Below, piece after piece: positions 55,515-63,554 of a stretch of 64,000 nt of DNA (within the stretch, counting starts at the first letter, position 1; every line of letters starts with the position of its first letter). The stretch comes from an uncultured Desulforhopalus sp. (GTDB lineage Bacteria; Desulfobacterota; Desulfobulbia; Desulfobulbales; Desulfocapsaceae), in the NCBI GenBank assembly GCA_963677465.1, contig OY781976.1:5247678-5311677 (forward strand), written 5' to 3'. Below the pieces are notes generated by a model. It saw nothing but the letters and a program-made list of their open reading frames with translations. It made no database searches and was not told the DNA's origin. A program made the translations under genes and the position numbers.

Positions 55515-56188
55515 TATAATTTATCGGCACTTATTAAAGTCATTTTCAGGGTATAGCCAGTCTGGCCGTAGCTTGTCAGCTCAAGGTAATCAGGGATGAG
55601 GCTCGAGCCTTCTTTTCTGCATGACCACCCGACAATAGATTTTTCCAAGGTCAGATCAGGAGCATACCTCTTTATCTGCCAGCAGTCATCCCCGTCATCC
55701 ACAGTCGGCAGAACATCAACAACACTGCCATCTGAATCAAGATATCGGCAGACATCCATAATCCCAGCCACCTGCCCCATTTTGATGCTGCCGACGGGCG
55801 GCTGAAAGATGGCTCGAATATCTGCGATCAAGCCTTCCGCAAAGTCAGCGCCGGTGAAAGGTGGAACAGCTCGCCTGACATCAATACTCCCGTCCTGATA
55901 AAAAACAGCTTCAAAAAGGGTCAGCCCCTCCACCGTGAACAGGGCGCAAACAATATCATTGCCGTCAATACTGGTAACTCCGATAACAGGAGTACCGGAG
56001 CCATCCGCCATGGCAAAGTCGATGGCATGGGCAAACTGCCATTTCCCCGTAGGAAAAACAGCCGAACATTCTTTTTGCCAGTGTTCGTTTCCAGTATAGG
56101 TCAGCTCCAGCAGGTGGGCTTGAGGTCCTGCGGCACAGGAGGCTAGCAACGCCGCTAAAACTGTCAGATAAAGGAAGTGCTGCTTCAT
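55514..56188 (-). CDS. Lipoprotein of unknown function (DUF3261-like position in aryl-polyene-type clusters)
   Basis: Signal peptide with lipobox LLASC (MKQHFLYLTVLAALLASCAAG). It overlaps both flanking genes by 1-4 nt. Confidence 0.6.
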   Translation of the reverse strand: MKQHFLYLTVLAALLASCAAGPQAHLLELTYTGNEHWQKECSAVFPTGKWQFAHAIDFAMADGSGTPVIGVTSIDGNDIVCALFTVEGLTLFEAVFYQDGSIDVRRAVPPFTGADFAEGLIADIRAIFQPPVGSIKMGQVAGIMDVCRYLDSDGSVVDVLPTVDDGDDCWQIKRYAPDLTLEKSIVGWSCRKEGSSLIPDYLELTSYGQTGYTLKMTLISADKL

Positions 56189-56775
56189 TTTTCAGTAAAT
56201 ACGGCGACAGCAATTTTCTTGTTCAGAACGCTATTTTTGAATGTCATAGTCGTGTACGAATCCGGACCTTCAAAAATAGTCACCCTGTCAAGAAGCCCTT
56301 TCTGGTCGGCAAGTTTCAGTTCAATTTTGCTGATTATGCCAGCAATGGCTGGATTCTTGGGAGTGAGCACAACCGTACGTTCGTCAGCAAAAGAGACGCT
56401 GAACATATCGCTATCTGAAAAGCGACCGTCAAGCCAGTTGCTGATCTGGCCCAGCACCACCTGCATGGAGTCAAGCCGCAAGCCTTGGTCTTCCACCAGC
56501 TGACCGTCACGTTCGACAAATTTTTTAATTTTTCCGCCATGCATAAGCAAGACGGACGGCACAGGCGTTTTATATTCCCAGCGCAGGGATTGTGGTGCCT
56601 GAAAGGTAAAAGCACCGGTTGAAACAAGAGGCCGGACTAGAATTTTCAGATGCTTTTCCTGGACGAAATCCGCCTGGACTGACTGCACAACAATCGTCTC
56701 GGGATCAACTGCCTGGCAAGGAACAGTCAAAGCAAAAAAGAACAACAGTGTTGTCAACAGCACACAAAACTTCAT
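56185..56775 (-). CDS. LolA-like outer-membrane lipoprotein carrier family protein
   Basis: Sec signal peptide MKFCVLLTTLLFFFALTVPCQA. LolA-like blocks VQADFVQEKHLKIL and LRWEY. Its size (~175 aa mature) fits the family. Confidence 0.65.
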   Translation of the reverse strand: MKFCVLLTTLLFFFALTVPCQAVDPETIVVQSVQADFVQEKHLKILVRPLVSTGAFTFQAPQSLRWEYKTPVPSVLLMHGGKIKKFVERDGQLVEDQGLRLDSMQVVLGQISNWLDGRFSDSDMFSVSFADERTVVLTPKNPAIAGIISKIELKLADQKGLLDRVTIFEGPDSYTTMTFKNSVLNKKIAVAVFTEK

Positions 56776-57530
56776 TAAAACATTCCACCATTGACTGAAA
56801 GGACCTGGCCTGTCACATAGGAAGCAGCGTCGGAGCAGAGAAAACCCACAACCTTGGCGACTTCTTCCGGTCTGCCGATCCGGGCCATGGGAATCATCGC
56901 CTTGATCTCAGCTTTCGGAGCTTTGGCAATCATGTCCGTTTCAATCAGGCCAGGTGCCACCACATTGACCCGGATGCCGAGCCGGGCAACCTCCGAGGCG
57001 ACCACTTTACTGGCCGCATTCAAACCGGCCTTGGCGGCCGAATAGTTGGCCTGGCCACGATTGACCATAAGGGAACTGGCCGAGGAAATGGAAACAATGG
57101 CACCTCTCCGCTGGCGCACCATTTGCTCAACCGCCGGTCTGGTCATATTATAAAATCCATTGAGGCTGGTATCTATCACCGACTGCCAGCTTTTCGCAGG
57201 CATCATCATGAACAAACCGTCGGCAACAATACCGGCGTTGTTAATCAGAATATCAACGCTGCCCAGCCGCTCTGCAACATCAGCCACCACCTTCTCCGCG
57301 ATCTGTCCATCCCTGACGTCGAACTGATAAATCTCACCTTGGCCGCCATCGGCTTCAACCAGCGCCAAGGTCTGCTCTGCGCCATTTTTATCCGCCATAT
57401 AGTTGATGACAGTGTAACAGCCAGACCTCGCCAACTCGACGCAGATGGCCCTGCCGATCCCCTTGCTGCCACCTGTTACTATGGCAATTTTCTGTGTTTC
57501 CTGGATAATTTGTTCGTTTTGAGCTGTCAT
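56775..57530 (-). CDS. fabG: 3-oxoacyl-ACP reductase (SDR family, FabG-like)
   Basis: Cofactor motif VTGGSKGIGRA, NNAG, and catalytic YSAAKAG. Confidence 0.85.
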   Translation of the reverse strand: MTAQNEQIIQETQKIAIVTGGSKGIGRAICVELARSGCYTVINYMADKNGAEQTLALVEADGGQGEIYQFDVRDGQIAEKVVADVAERLGSVDILINNAGIVADGLFMMMPAKSWQSVIDTSLNGFYNMTRPAVEQMVRQRRGAIVSISSASSLMVNRGQANYSAAKAGLNAASKVVASEVARLGIRVNVVAPGLIETDMIAKAPKAEIKAMIPMARIGRPEEVAKVVGFLCSDAASYVTGQVLSVNGGMF

Positions 57531-57535
57531 GTCAG

Positions 57536-57970
57536 TTATGCCTGGAAGAGCTGTAAGGTGCTTATACAGATGAGTTTATTGTCCAAGTGCTGTTCGCAGG
57601 AGACTTCCCGAAGATTCTCAAAGTTATAACTGTTTTCGGCACTGGTGATTATTTCACTGCCAAAGGGCAGGAAGTTGATAAAAAATTCAGTCTTTTTAAT
57701 ACCCACCAGCCAACCCATCTGATCCGAATCCAGCCCCTTGGTTTGAATTCTGTCCAGGCCGTTGCAGACACCCGCGGTCTGGGCCGCCAGCTCAATGAGT
57801 ATCAAAGGATGCACTCCCTGCTGCTCGGCCATGGGCCAGGATTTGCCAACGCGGCTGCAGGTCAAAGCATGTTTGCTGTCAACCTCAAGCACCTTCTCAA
57901 GCAACATCATATGGCCTCGATGCGGCAGCAAATCCTCCAGGGTCAGGTCGGAAATTGTGATAGTATTCAT
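57536..57970 (-). CDS. Hot-dog dehydratase of the aryl-polyene (ApeP/ApeI-like) type
   Basis: LLPHRGHMMLLEKVLEVD motif, typical of FabA/Z-like dehydratases in APE-type clusters. Start set at the internal ATG (MNTITISD). The track ORF extends to 58030. Confidence 0.6.
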   Translation of the reverse strand: MNTITISDLTLEDLLPHRGHMMLLEKVLEVDSKHALTCSRVGKSWPMAEQQGVHPLILIELAAQTAGVCNGLDRIQTKGLDSDQMGWLVGIKKTEFFINFLPFGSEIITSAENSYNFENLREVSCEQHLDNKLICISTLQLFQA

Positions 57971-58176
57971 TATTTTGTAGCCAAAAAGATACCTTAATAT
58001 TGTTGCAACCGCCACCAAATTAGATGACAATTTCCTGTTGGCATTCTACCAGATTATTGGCATTATGGTATTTTCTGAATGTATGTGAGATGCCATTTAT
58101 CATAAAACCGAGCCTGACGTGTTGCCACGCTACTGACGGTTTTATTAATACAACCGAACTATAAAAGCAAAAAATT

Positions 58177-58443
58177 ATGAGTGCACTGATAGAAGAGCTC
58201 AAGGTTAAACTTATAGAAATCCTCAATCTGGTGGACGTAAAACCTGAGGATTTTGATGAAAACAGTCAACTGGTGGGTGGTGATCTGGGCATCGACTCCA
58301 TCGATGTTTTGGAGATGGTGGTCATGGTTGAAAAAGATTATGGCATCATTATCAATAATCAGGAGGTCGGCCAGAAAATATTTGCCTCACTCACCAATCT
58401 GGCTGAGTACATCCAGGAAAATTCCGCCAAAACAATATCTTGA
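58177..58443 (+). CDS. Acyl carrier protein
   Basis: 88 aa and acidic, with attachment motif LGIDSIDVLEM. 4-nt overlap with the downstream KS gene. Confidence 0.85.
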   Translation: MSALIEELKVKLIEILNLVDVKPEDFDENSQLVGGDLGIDSIDVLEMVVMVEKDYGIIINNQEVGQKIFASLTNLAEYIQENSAKTIS

Positions 58444-60611
58444 ACGACCAAGCAGTTTATATTAGTGGCAGCGGGATAATCAGCTCGCTGGGCGTAGGAC
58501 TTGCCGCCACAGAAAAAACACTGCGCGAGAACCGTTCGGCAATACGACCTCTGGAGCTGTTTCCTCTGCTCCAGGGTTCACCGTTGCCGGTTGGCGCCGT
58601 GCCAGGCATGGATCAATCCCCGTCTCTTCTGCCCAGAACGCACCAGTTGGCAGGTATCGCCGCAAGCCAGGCCATGGAAGGGTCGCCCTCCCCGCCTGAT
58701 GCTATAATTATTGGCACTACCACCGGCGGCATTCTCACCACCGAGCAGCTGCTCAGGAGCGGTGATCAGCACAAAGAGCACTACCAGCATCACGGTTTAC
58801 ACACTGTTGCCAGCCATCTCGCCCAAGAATTCCATTGCACCGGTCCGATTGTGGTTGTCTCCACGGCCTGTTCTTCCGGCGCTTTGGCCATGGCTCTGGC
58901 CTTGAAAATGCTTCGCGGCGGTGCGGTAAAATCGGTTCTGGCCGGTGGCGTGGACTCGCTCTGCCGTCTGACCTACTTTGGTTTTCATTCCCTGCAACTG
59001 GTTGACCAGAGCGGTTGTAAACCACTTGATCAAAACCGGCAGGGCATGGCCGTGGCTGAGGGTGCGGGCATGCTCCTGCTCAGCACCGAAAAACCTGCGA
59101 ACTGTTCTGCCGAGCTCCTTGGCGCCGGCATTTCCTGTGATGCCTACCATCCTGCGGCGCCGCACCCGGACGGTCAGGGCGCGTTCATGGCCATGCAAGG
59201 TGCTTTAGCCGATGCCGGCCTCAAACCAGAAGAGATCAGCTATATCAATCTTCACGGCACCGGAACTCCCGATAATGATTTGGCAGAGTCCAAAGCCGTG
59301 CGTCGACTGTTTACCGCTCTGCCGCCGCTTTCATCGATCAAAGGGGCCTCCGGCCATAGTTTGGCCGCCGCCGGAGCCATAGAAGCGGTGGTGGCCACGA
59401 TGGTCATATCCCACGGCCTGATGCCCGCCAATACCGGTTTGTTGAACGTCGATCCCGCACTCGGCCTGAAGCCGCTGACCAGTCCGCTCGACCTTCCGGC
59501 AAAAGCGGTTCTCTCCAATTCCTTTGGTTTTGGTGGCAACAACGGTTCTTTGGTCATCGGCGCAGTTGATACCTTTCAGCCAACGCCTTGCCGAAAACCT
59601 GTTTCGGGGCTCGCCATACATGGCTATTCCTGTCTGACCGGGGCAGGCGACATCCTGGAAACCATTGATTGCATCCGCGCTGGCCAAGCCGCTTCCGGCA
59701 TGGCAGGACTCGATACAATTTCCAAAGAGTTGCCGCCTCGGTTGATCCGACGGCTCAAGCGACTGCCGCGCATGACCCTTGCTTTAGCGTCAAAGGCCTT
59801 TGCCGACTCGTCTCTCGCTGATCAGAAACCAACTGCAGTTTTTATGGGCACCAGTTGGGGAGCCCTTTCAGAAACCCACGATTTTCTGAGCCGCCTGGAA
59901 GAATCCAGGGAACAATTTCCAAGTCCCACCGATTTTGTCGGCTCCGTCCATAACGGACCGGCCAGTCAGGTGGCCATCCTTTTTGGGGCAACCGGCCCGA
60001 ATATTACCACCAGCGGCGGAGATTATTCTTTTGAGCAGGCGCTCTTTACCGCCGAACTGATGCTCAACAATTCGACGGAATCTGCTTTTATCCTTGGCGC
60101 TGACGAAGGCCATGAAAAGTTTTCCCCGCTTCTTGACCCTTCGATTACACCGGGAACTGCCCTTGCTGACGGCGGTGGTGGTCTTTGCGTCAGTAGAAAT
60201 AACAAAGATGCCAAATGCATCATTGCCATGCCCTTCTATCAAAGCAGCAAGGCAGAAGGTGTGGTTGCCAAACTAGTAAAGTCACTGCCGAGCCTTAAAA
60301 AGGCTGATAGTTATGCACTGATCCTGGCAGGTATCCCTGCAGCCATGAGCAAGAAAGGAGCTGAACAGCTTACTGAGTTTACTGAACTAACAAACCTGAC
60401 GACACCCCTTGTCCAGTACCGTAAAATCACCGGAGAATTTGGTTCAGCTTCTGCGGTGGCAACGGCGCTTGCCGCCTCGTTCTTTGCGTCGGGAATTGTC
60501 CCCGGCGCTCTGGCAGGGGGCAAGGATATTGACATAACCAGTAAAACAAGCAAAATCCTTATCTTAAGCCTGGGGCAATACCTTACCGCCATGGAACTTT
60601 CCAGACCATGA
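58440..60611 (+). CDS. Ketosynthase fused to a chain-length-factor-like KS-fold domain (KS-CLF fusion)
   Basis: The N-terminal ~375 aa have Cys-His-His (STACSSGALAM, LHGTGTPDND, SGHSLAAAG, NSFGFGGNN). The C-terminal ~350 aa are KS-fold-like, with GTSWGALSE where the active Cys would lie. I see no catalytic Cys or His motifs there. Confidence 0.8.
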   Translation: MNDQAVYISGSGIISSLGVGLAATEKTLRENRSAIRPLELFPLLQGSPLPVGAVPGMDQSPSLLPRTHQLAGIAASQAMEGSPSPPDAIIIGTTTGGILTTEQLLRSGDQHKEHYQHHGLHTVASHLAQEFHCTGPIVVVSTACSSGALAMALALKMLRGGAVKSVLAGGVDSLCRLTYFGFHSLQLVDQSGCKPLDQNRQGMAVAEGAGMLLLSTEKPANCSAELLGAGISCDAYHPAAPHPDGQGAFMAMQGALADAGLKPEEISYINLHGTGTPDNDLAESKAVRRLFTALPPLSSIKGASGHSLAAAGAIEAVVATMVISHGLMPANTGLLNVDPALGLKPLTSPLDLPAKAVLSNSFGFGGNNGSLVIGAVDTFQPTPCRKPVSGLAIHGYSCLTGAGDILETIDCIRAGQAASGMAGLDTISKELPPRLIRRLKRLPRMTLALASKAFADSSLADQKPTAVFMGTSWGALSETHDFLSRLEESREQFPSPTDFVGSVHNGPASQVAILFGATGPNITTSGGDYSFEQALFTAELMLNNSTESAFILGADEGHEKFSPLLDPSITPGTALADGGGGLCVSRNNKDAKCIIAMPFYQSSKAEGVVAKLVKSLPSLKKADSYALILAGIPAAMSKKGAEQLTEFTELTNLTTPLVQYRKITGEFGSASAVATALAASFFASGIVPGALAGGKDIDITSKTSKILILSLGQYLTAMELSRP

Positions 60612-61957
60612 GAATACTGCTGGTATCACCCAATACCCTCATCGCCCCTTACCCGGTATATCCTCTAGGGCTTGACTATGTTGCTGCTTCCATCTCTCCG
60701 GAGCACGAGGTGCGGATTGCCGACCTCAATGCTCTGTCGCTCCCAGAGCTCGATGATATAGTCGTTAATTTTTCTCCAGAGATCGTAGGACTGTCCTGCC
60801 GCAATATTGACAACATGGATGCTGCGGGTTCTCAAAGTTTTATCCACGATTACGCAACAGTCGTCTCCCGTCTGAGAGCAAAATCAAAGGCCACAATTGT
60901 CTGCGGCGGCAGTGCCTTCACCATCATGCCAAAACAGATTCTTGCCTCCCTTGGCGCTGACTACGGCATTATCGGCGAAGGGGAACGATTCGGCATGGTT
61001 GTCGAGGCTATAAGAGACGGACGGGACCCTGCCCAACTAACCGGAGTGATTTCTGCATCCTCAACCCACGAAACAACCCCAGCTCCCTGGTCGGGCCCAA
61101 TAGTCCGCAACTTCCAGGACCAGGCCGACCATAATTGTTTCTATCTCAAAACCGGCGGAATGCTTAATTTGCAGAGTAAACGAGGCTGCAGCTTTCGTTG
61201 CATCTATTGTTCTTACCCACATATCGAAGGCCGAAACCACCGCCTGGTTGAGCCGGATGAAGTGGCCAGAACAGCCCTTCAGCTACAGGATGCCGGAGCC
61301 AAATATTTCTTTATCACTGATTCTGCGTTTAATTCCGATATTCAGCACAGTCTGGCCGTGGCCAAATCGTTCAAAGCCGCCGGAGTTTCCATCCCCTGGG
61401 GGAGTTTTTTTGCCCCTACCAGACTCCCGGTTGATTATTTTTCGACTCTGGCAAGTGCCGGTCTGACTCATGTGGAATTCGGCACCGAATCCCTGGCCAA
61501 TTCCGTCCTGAAAACCTATCGTAAACCTTTTGTTGTCAGCGATGTTTTTGCCGCCCATCAGCAGGCACTCGACGCCGGACTGCATGTGGCCCATTATTTT
61601 CTTATGGGTGGCCCTGGAGAATCGGCTGCAACCGTCACAGAAAGCCTCAATAACATCGAAATGCTTAAAAAGACGGTCTTCTTTTTCTTCATCGGCATCA
61701 GGATCTATCCGCAAACCGGACTTTACGACATCGCCATGAAGGAAGGCAAGATAACCGCCAACACCAACCTGCTGGAACCGGTCTTCTACCAAGCCGACGA
61801 CATTGTCCGTCAAACCATTGAGTCACTTGTTAAAGAAAGGGTTGGCAAGCGCAGCAACTGCCTCATCGGCTCCGGTAATCCCGAAGAAATCGAAGCGGTC
61901 GGAAAAATGTATGCCCGAGGTTATACCGGGCCGTTATGGGAACATCTTATCCGTTGA
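60608..61957 (+). CDS. B12-binding-domain (class B-like) radical SAM protein
   Basis: N-terminal Rossmann-like segment (MRILLVSPN...IVGLSCRN...IVCGGSAFT), then KRGCSFRCIYCS. 4-nt overlap with the KS-CLF gene. Confidence 0.8.
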   Translation: MRILLVSPNTLIAPYPVYPLGLDYVAASISPEHEVRIADLNALSLPELDDIVVNFSPEIVGLSCRNIDNMDAAGSQSFIHDYATVVSRLRAKSKATIVCGGSAFTIMPKQILASLGADYGIIGEGERFGMVVEAIRDGRDPAQLTGVISASSTHETTPAPWSGPIVRNFQDQADHNCFYLKTGGMLNLQSKRGCSFRCIYCSYPHIEGRNHRLVEPDEVARTALQLQDAGAKYFFITDSAFNSDIQHSLAVAKSFKAAGVSIPWGSFFAPTRLPVDYFSTLASAGLTHVEFGTESLANSVLKTYRKPFVVSDVFAAHQQALDAGLHVAHYFLMGGPGESAATVTESLNNIEMLKKTVFFFFIGIRIYPQTGLYDIAMKEGKITANTNLLEPVFYQADDIVRQTIESLVKERVGKRSNCLIGSGNPEEIEAVGKMYARGYTGPLWEHLIR

Positions 61958-62048
61958 TGGCTAAGTAAAAACTCTTCACCTGCTTCGTTGTTGCGCTTTT
62001 ATTACCCGTTTTAAATAGACACTTTCACCCAAGCCCAATGAACGAATT

Positions 62049-63536
62049 ATGACAGATTCTTCATCCATATCGCAAAAAGTGCTGATTATCGGGGCTGGTA
62101 TCGGTGGTCTCAGTACGGCAATAATTTTAGCCCGCCTTGGCTTTGACGTCACTGTTTTTGAAAAAAATTGCCAGCCGGGCGGAGTAACGCGGAGCTATAC
62201 CCGCAACGGCATTGAGTGCGCTGTGGGCGTGCACTATCTGGGATCTCTCGACAAGAGGCAGATTCTCCGGACGTTCTTTGATTATCTGGGGGTTACAGAG
62301 GCCATTCCGGTGACAAGGATGGGGCAAGATGGGATAATCGACAGATACATTTTCGACTCCTCCACCCGCCACCAGTCAACCTTTGATATGCCCGAAGGAC
62401 TTGACGCCTACGCAGAAAACCTCGTGAAGGCCTTTCCTCTTGAGCAGGAAAAAATAGCCAAACTCATGGCCCCGATACATAAAGCAGCCAAACAACTGCA
62501 CGGGCTGGAGTTTTTATATGCAGGAGATGATGGTTTTTCTCTTTCTGAGCAATTCGAACCACTGGGTAAAATCCTCACCGAACTCCAATGCTCACCAGAG
62601 CTGCAAAATGTGCTGTCCATACCTTCCTGTTGGATCGGTGTGCCCTTGCATGACTGTCCCGCCTATTATCATAATATGGCCCTCGCCTCCTATGTTTCTT
62701 CTTCGTGGCGGCTTGACCGTAATGGCGCGGAGATGGCAGACGCTTTTGCGGCGCGGCTAAAGGCGTTGGGCGGGAAAATTATTACCGGGGCGGAAATCAG
62801 CCGAATTAACGTCGAGTCGCGTATAGTCCAGGGAGTGCAACTGCAATCCGGCGAAAACCTGGCCGCTGCAACCGTCATCGGCGCGGTGCACCCGAAAGTT
62901 GTTTTGCAGATGCTGGCGCAAAGAGATGTGAAGCCTTCCTACCGGCAACGGATCAGCAGTTTGCAGGATACCCATGGCATTTTTGCGGTTCATGTCCAGA
63001 TTGATGCCGAGAGCCACCCGGAAATCCCTTACAATATTTTTAAAATCGACACCGGGAAAACAGGCAAAACGCCGGATCTCAAATATTATCAGATACTCAA
63101 AACTGAAAAAAAAGGCCTTAACCTGCTCTCAATCCTCACCTCGGGAAAAGACGAACTGTGGGCGCCCTGGGTGAATACCAACAGTGAGCGACGTGGCAAA
63201 AGATATTCTGATTTAAAAGAACAACATGCCTCGGAATTGATTATGGAGGCAGAACAAATGTTTGGCCCCTTAAGGGGAGCAAAAATCCTCGACGCCTACA
63301 CACCTTTGACGATCCGGGATTGGGTCAACAGTCCTGGTGGCAGCGCCTATGGGGTACTGCGGTCATCCAGACAGCTGCTGGCCACCGCCCTGCTCAATCG
63401 CACAGCGGTAAAAGGCTTATATCTGGCCGGACAAAACGTCACGGCTCCTGGAATCATCGGCACCATCATGGGCTCGTTCAGTACCGTCAAGTTGATTCTC
63501 GGTGCTGATATGTTTAAAACAAAAATCCAGTTATGA
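62049..63536 (+). CDS. Phytoene desaturase (CrtI/CrtD)-family FAD-dependent oxidoreductase
   Basis: N-terminal dinucleotide motif VLIIGAGIGGLSTAIILARLGFDVTVFEKN. The ~495-aa length and C-terminal GLYLAGQNV...PG motif are typical of CrtI-like enzymes. Confidence 0.75.
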   Translation: MTDSSSISQKVLIIGAGIGGLSTAIILARLGFDVTVFEKNCQPGGVTRSYTRNGIECAVGVHYLGSLDKRQILRTFFDYLGVTEAIPVTRMGQDGIIDRYIFDSSTRHQSTFDMPEGLDAYAENLVKAFPLEQEKIAKLMAPIHKAAKQLHGLEFLYAGDDGFSLSEQFEPLGKILTELQCSPELQNVLSIPSCWIGVPLHDCPAYYHNMALASYVSSSWRLDRNGAEMADAFAARLKALGGKIITGAEISRINVESRIVQGVQLQSGENLAAATVIGAVHPKVVLQMLAQRDVKPSYRQRISSLQDTHGIFAVHVQIDAESHPEIPYNIFKIDTGKTGKTPDLKYYQILKTEKKGLNLLSILTSGKDELWAPWVNTNSERRGKRYSDLKEQHASELIMEAEQMFGPLRGAKILDAYTPLTIRDWVNSPGGSAYGVLRSSRQLLATALLNRTAVKGLYLAGQNVTAPGIIGTIMGSFSTVKLILGADMFKTKIQL

Positions 63537-63554
63537 CTGTTGATTTAACAGGAG

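Noticed and set aside
54150-55556. Very long plus-strand ORF (468 aa) that could be taken for a gene.
   Set aside because: It lies fully antisense to the B12-type radical SAM gene (54237-55514) and the start of the AMP-ligase gene, both of which have clear catalytic motifs. Its own translation is low-complexity with no recognisable motifs. I treat it as a shadow ORF.
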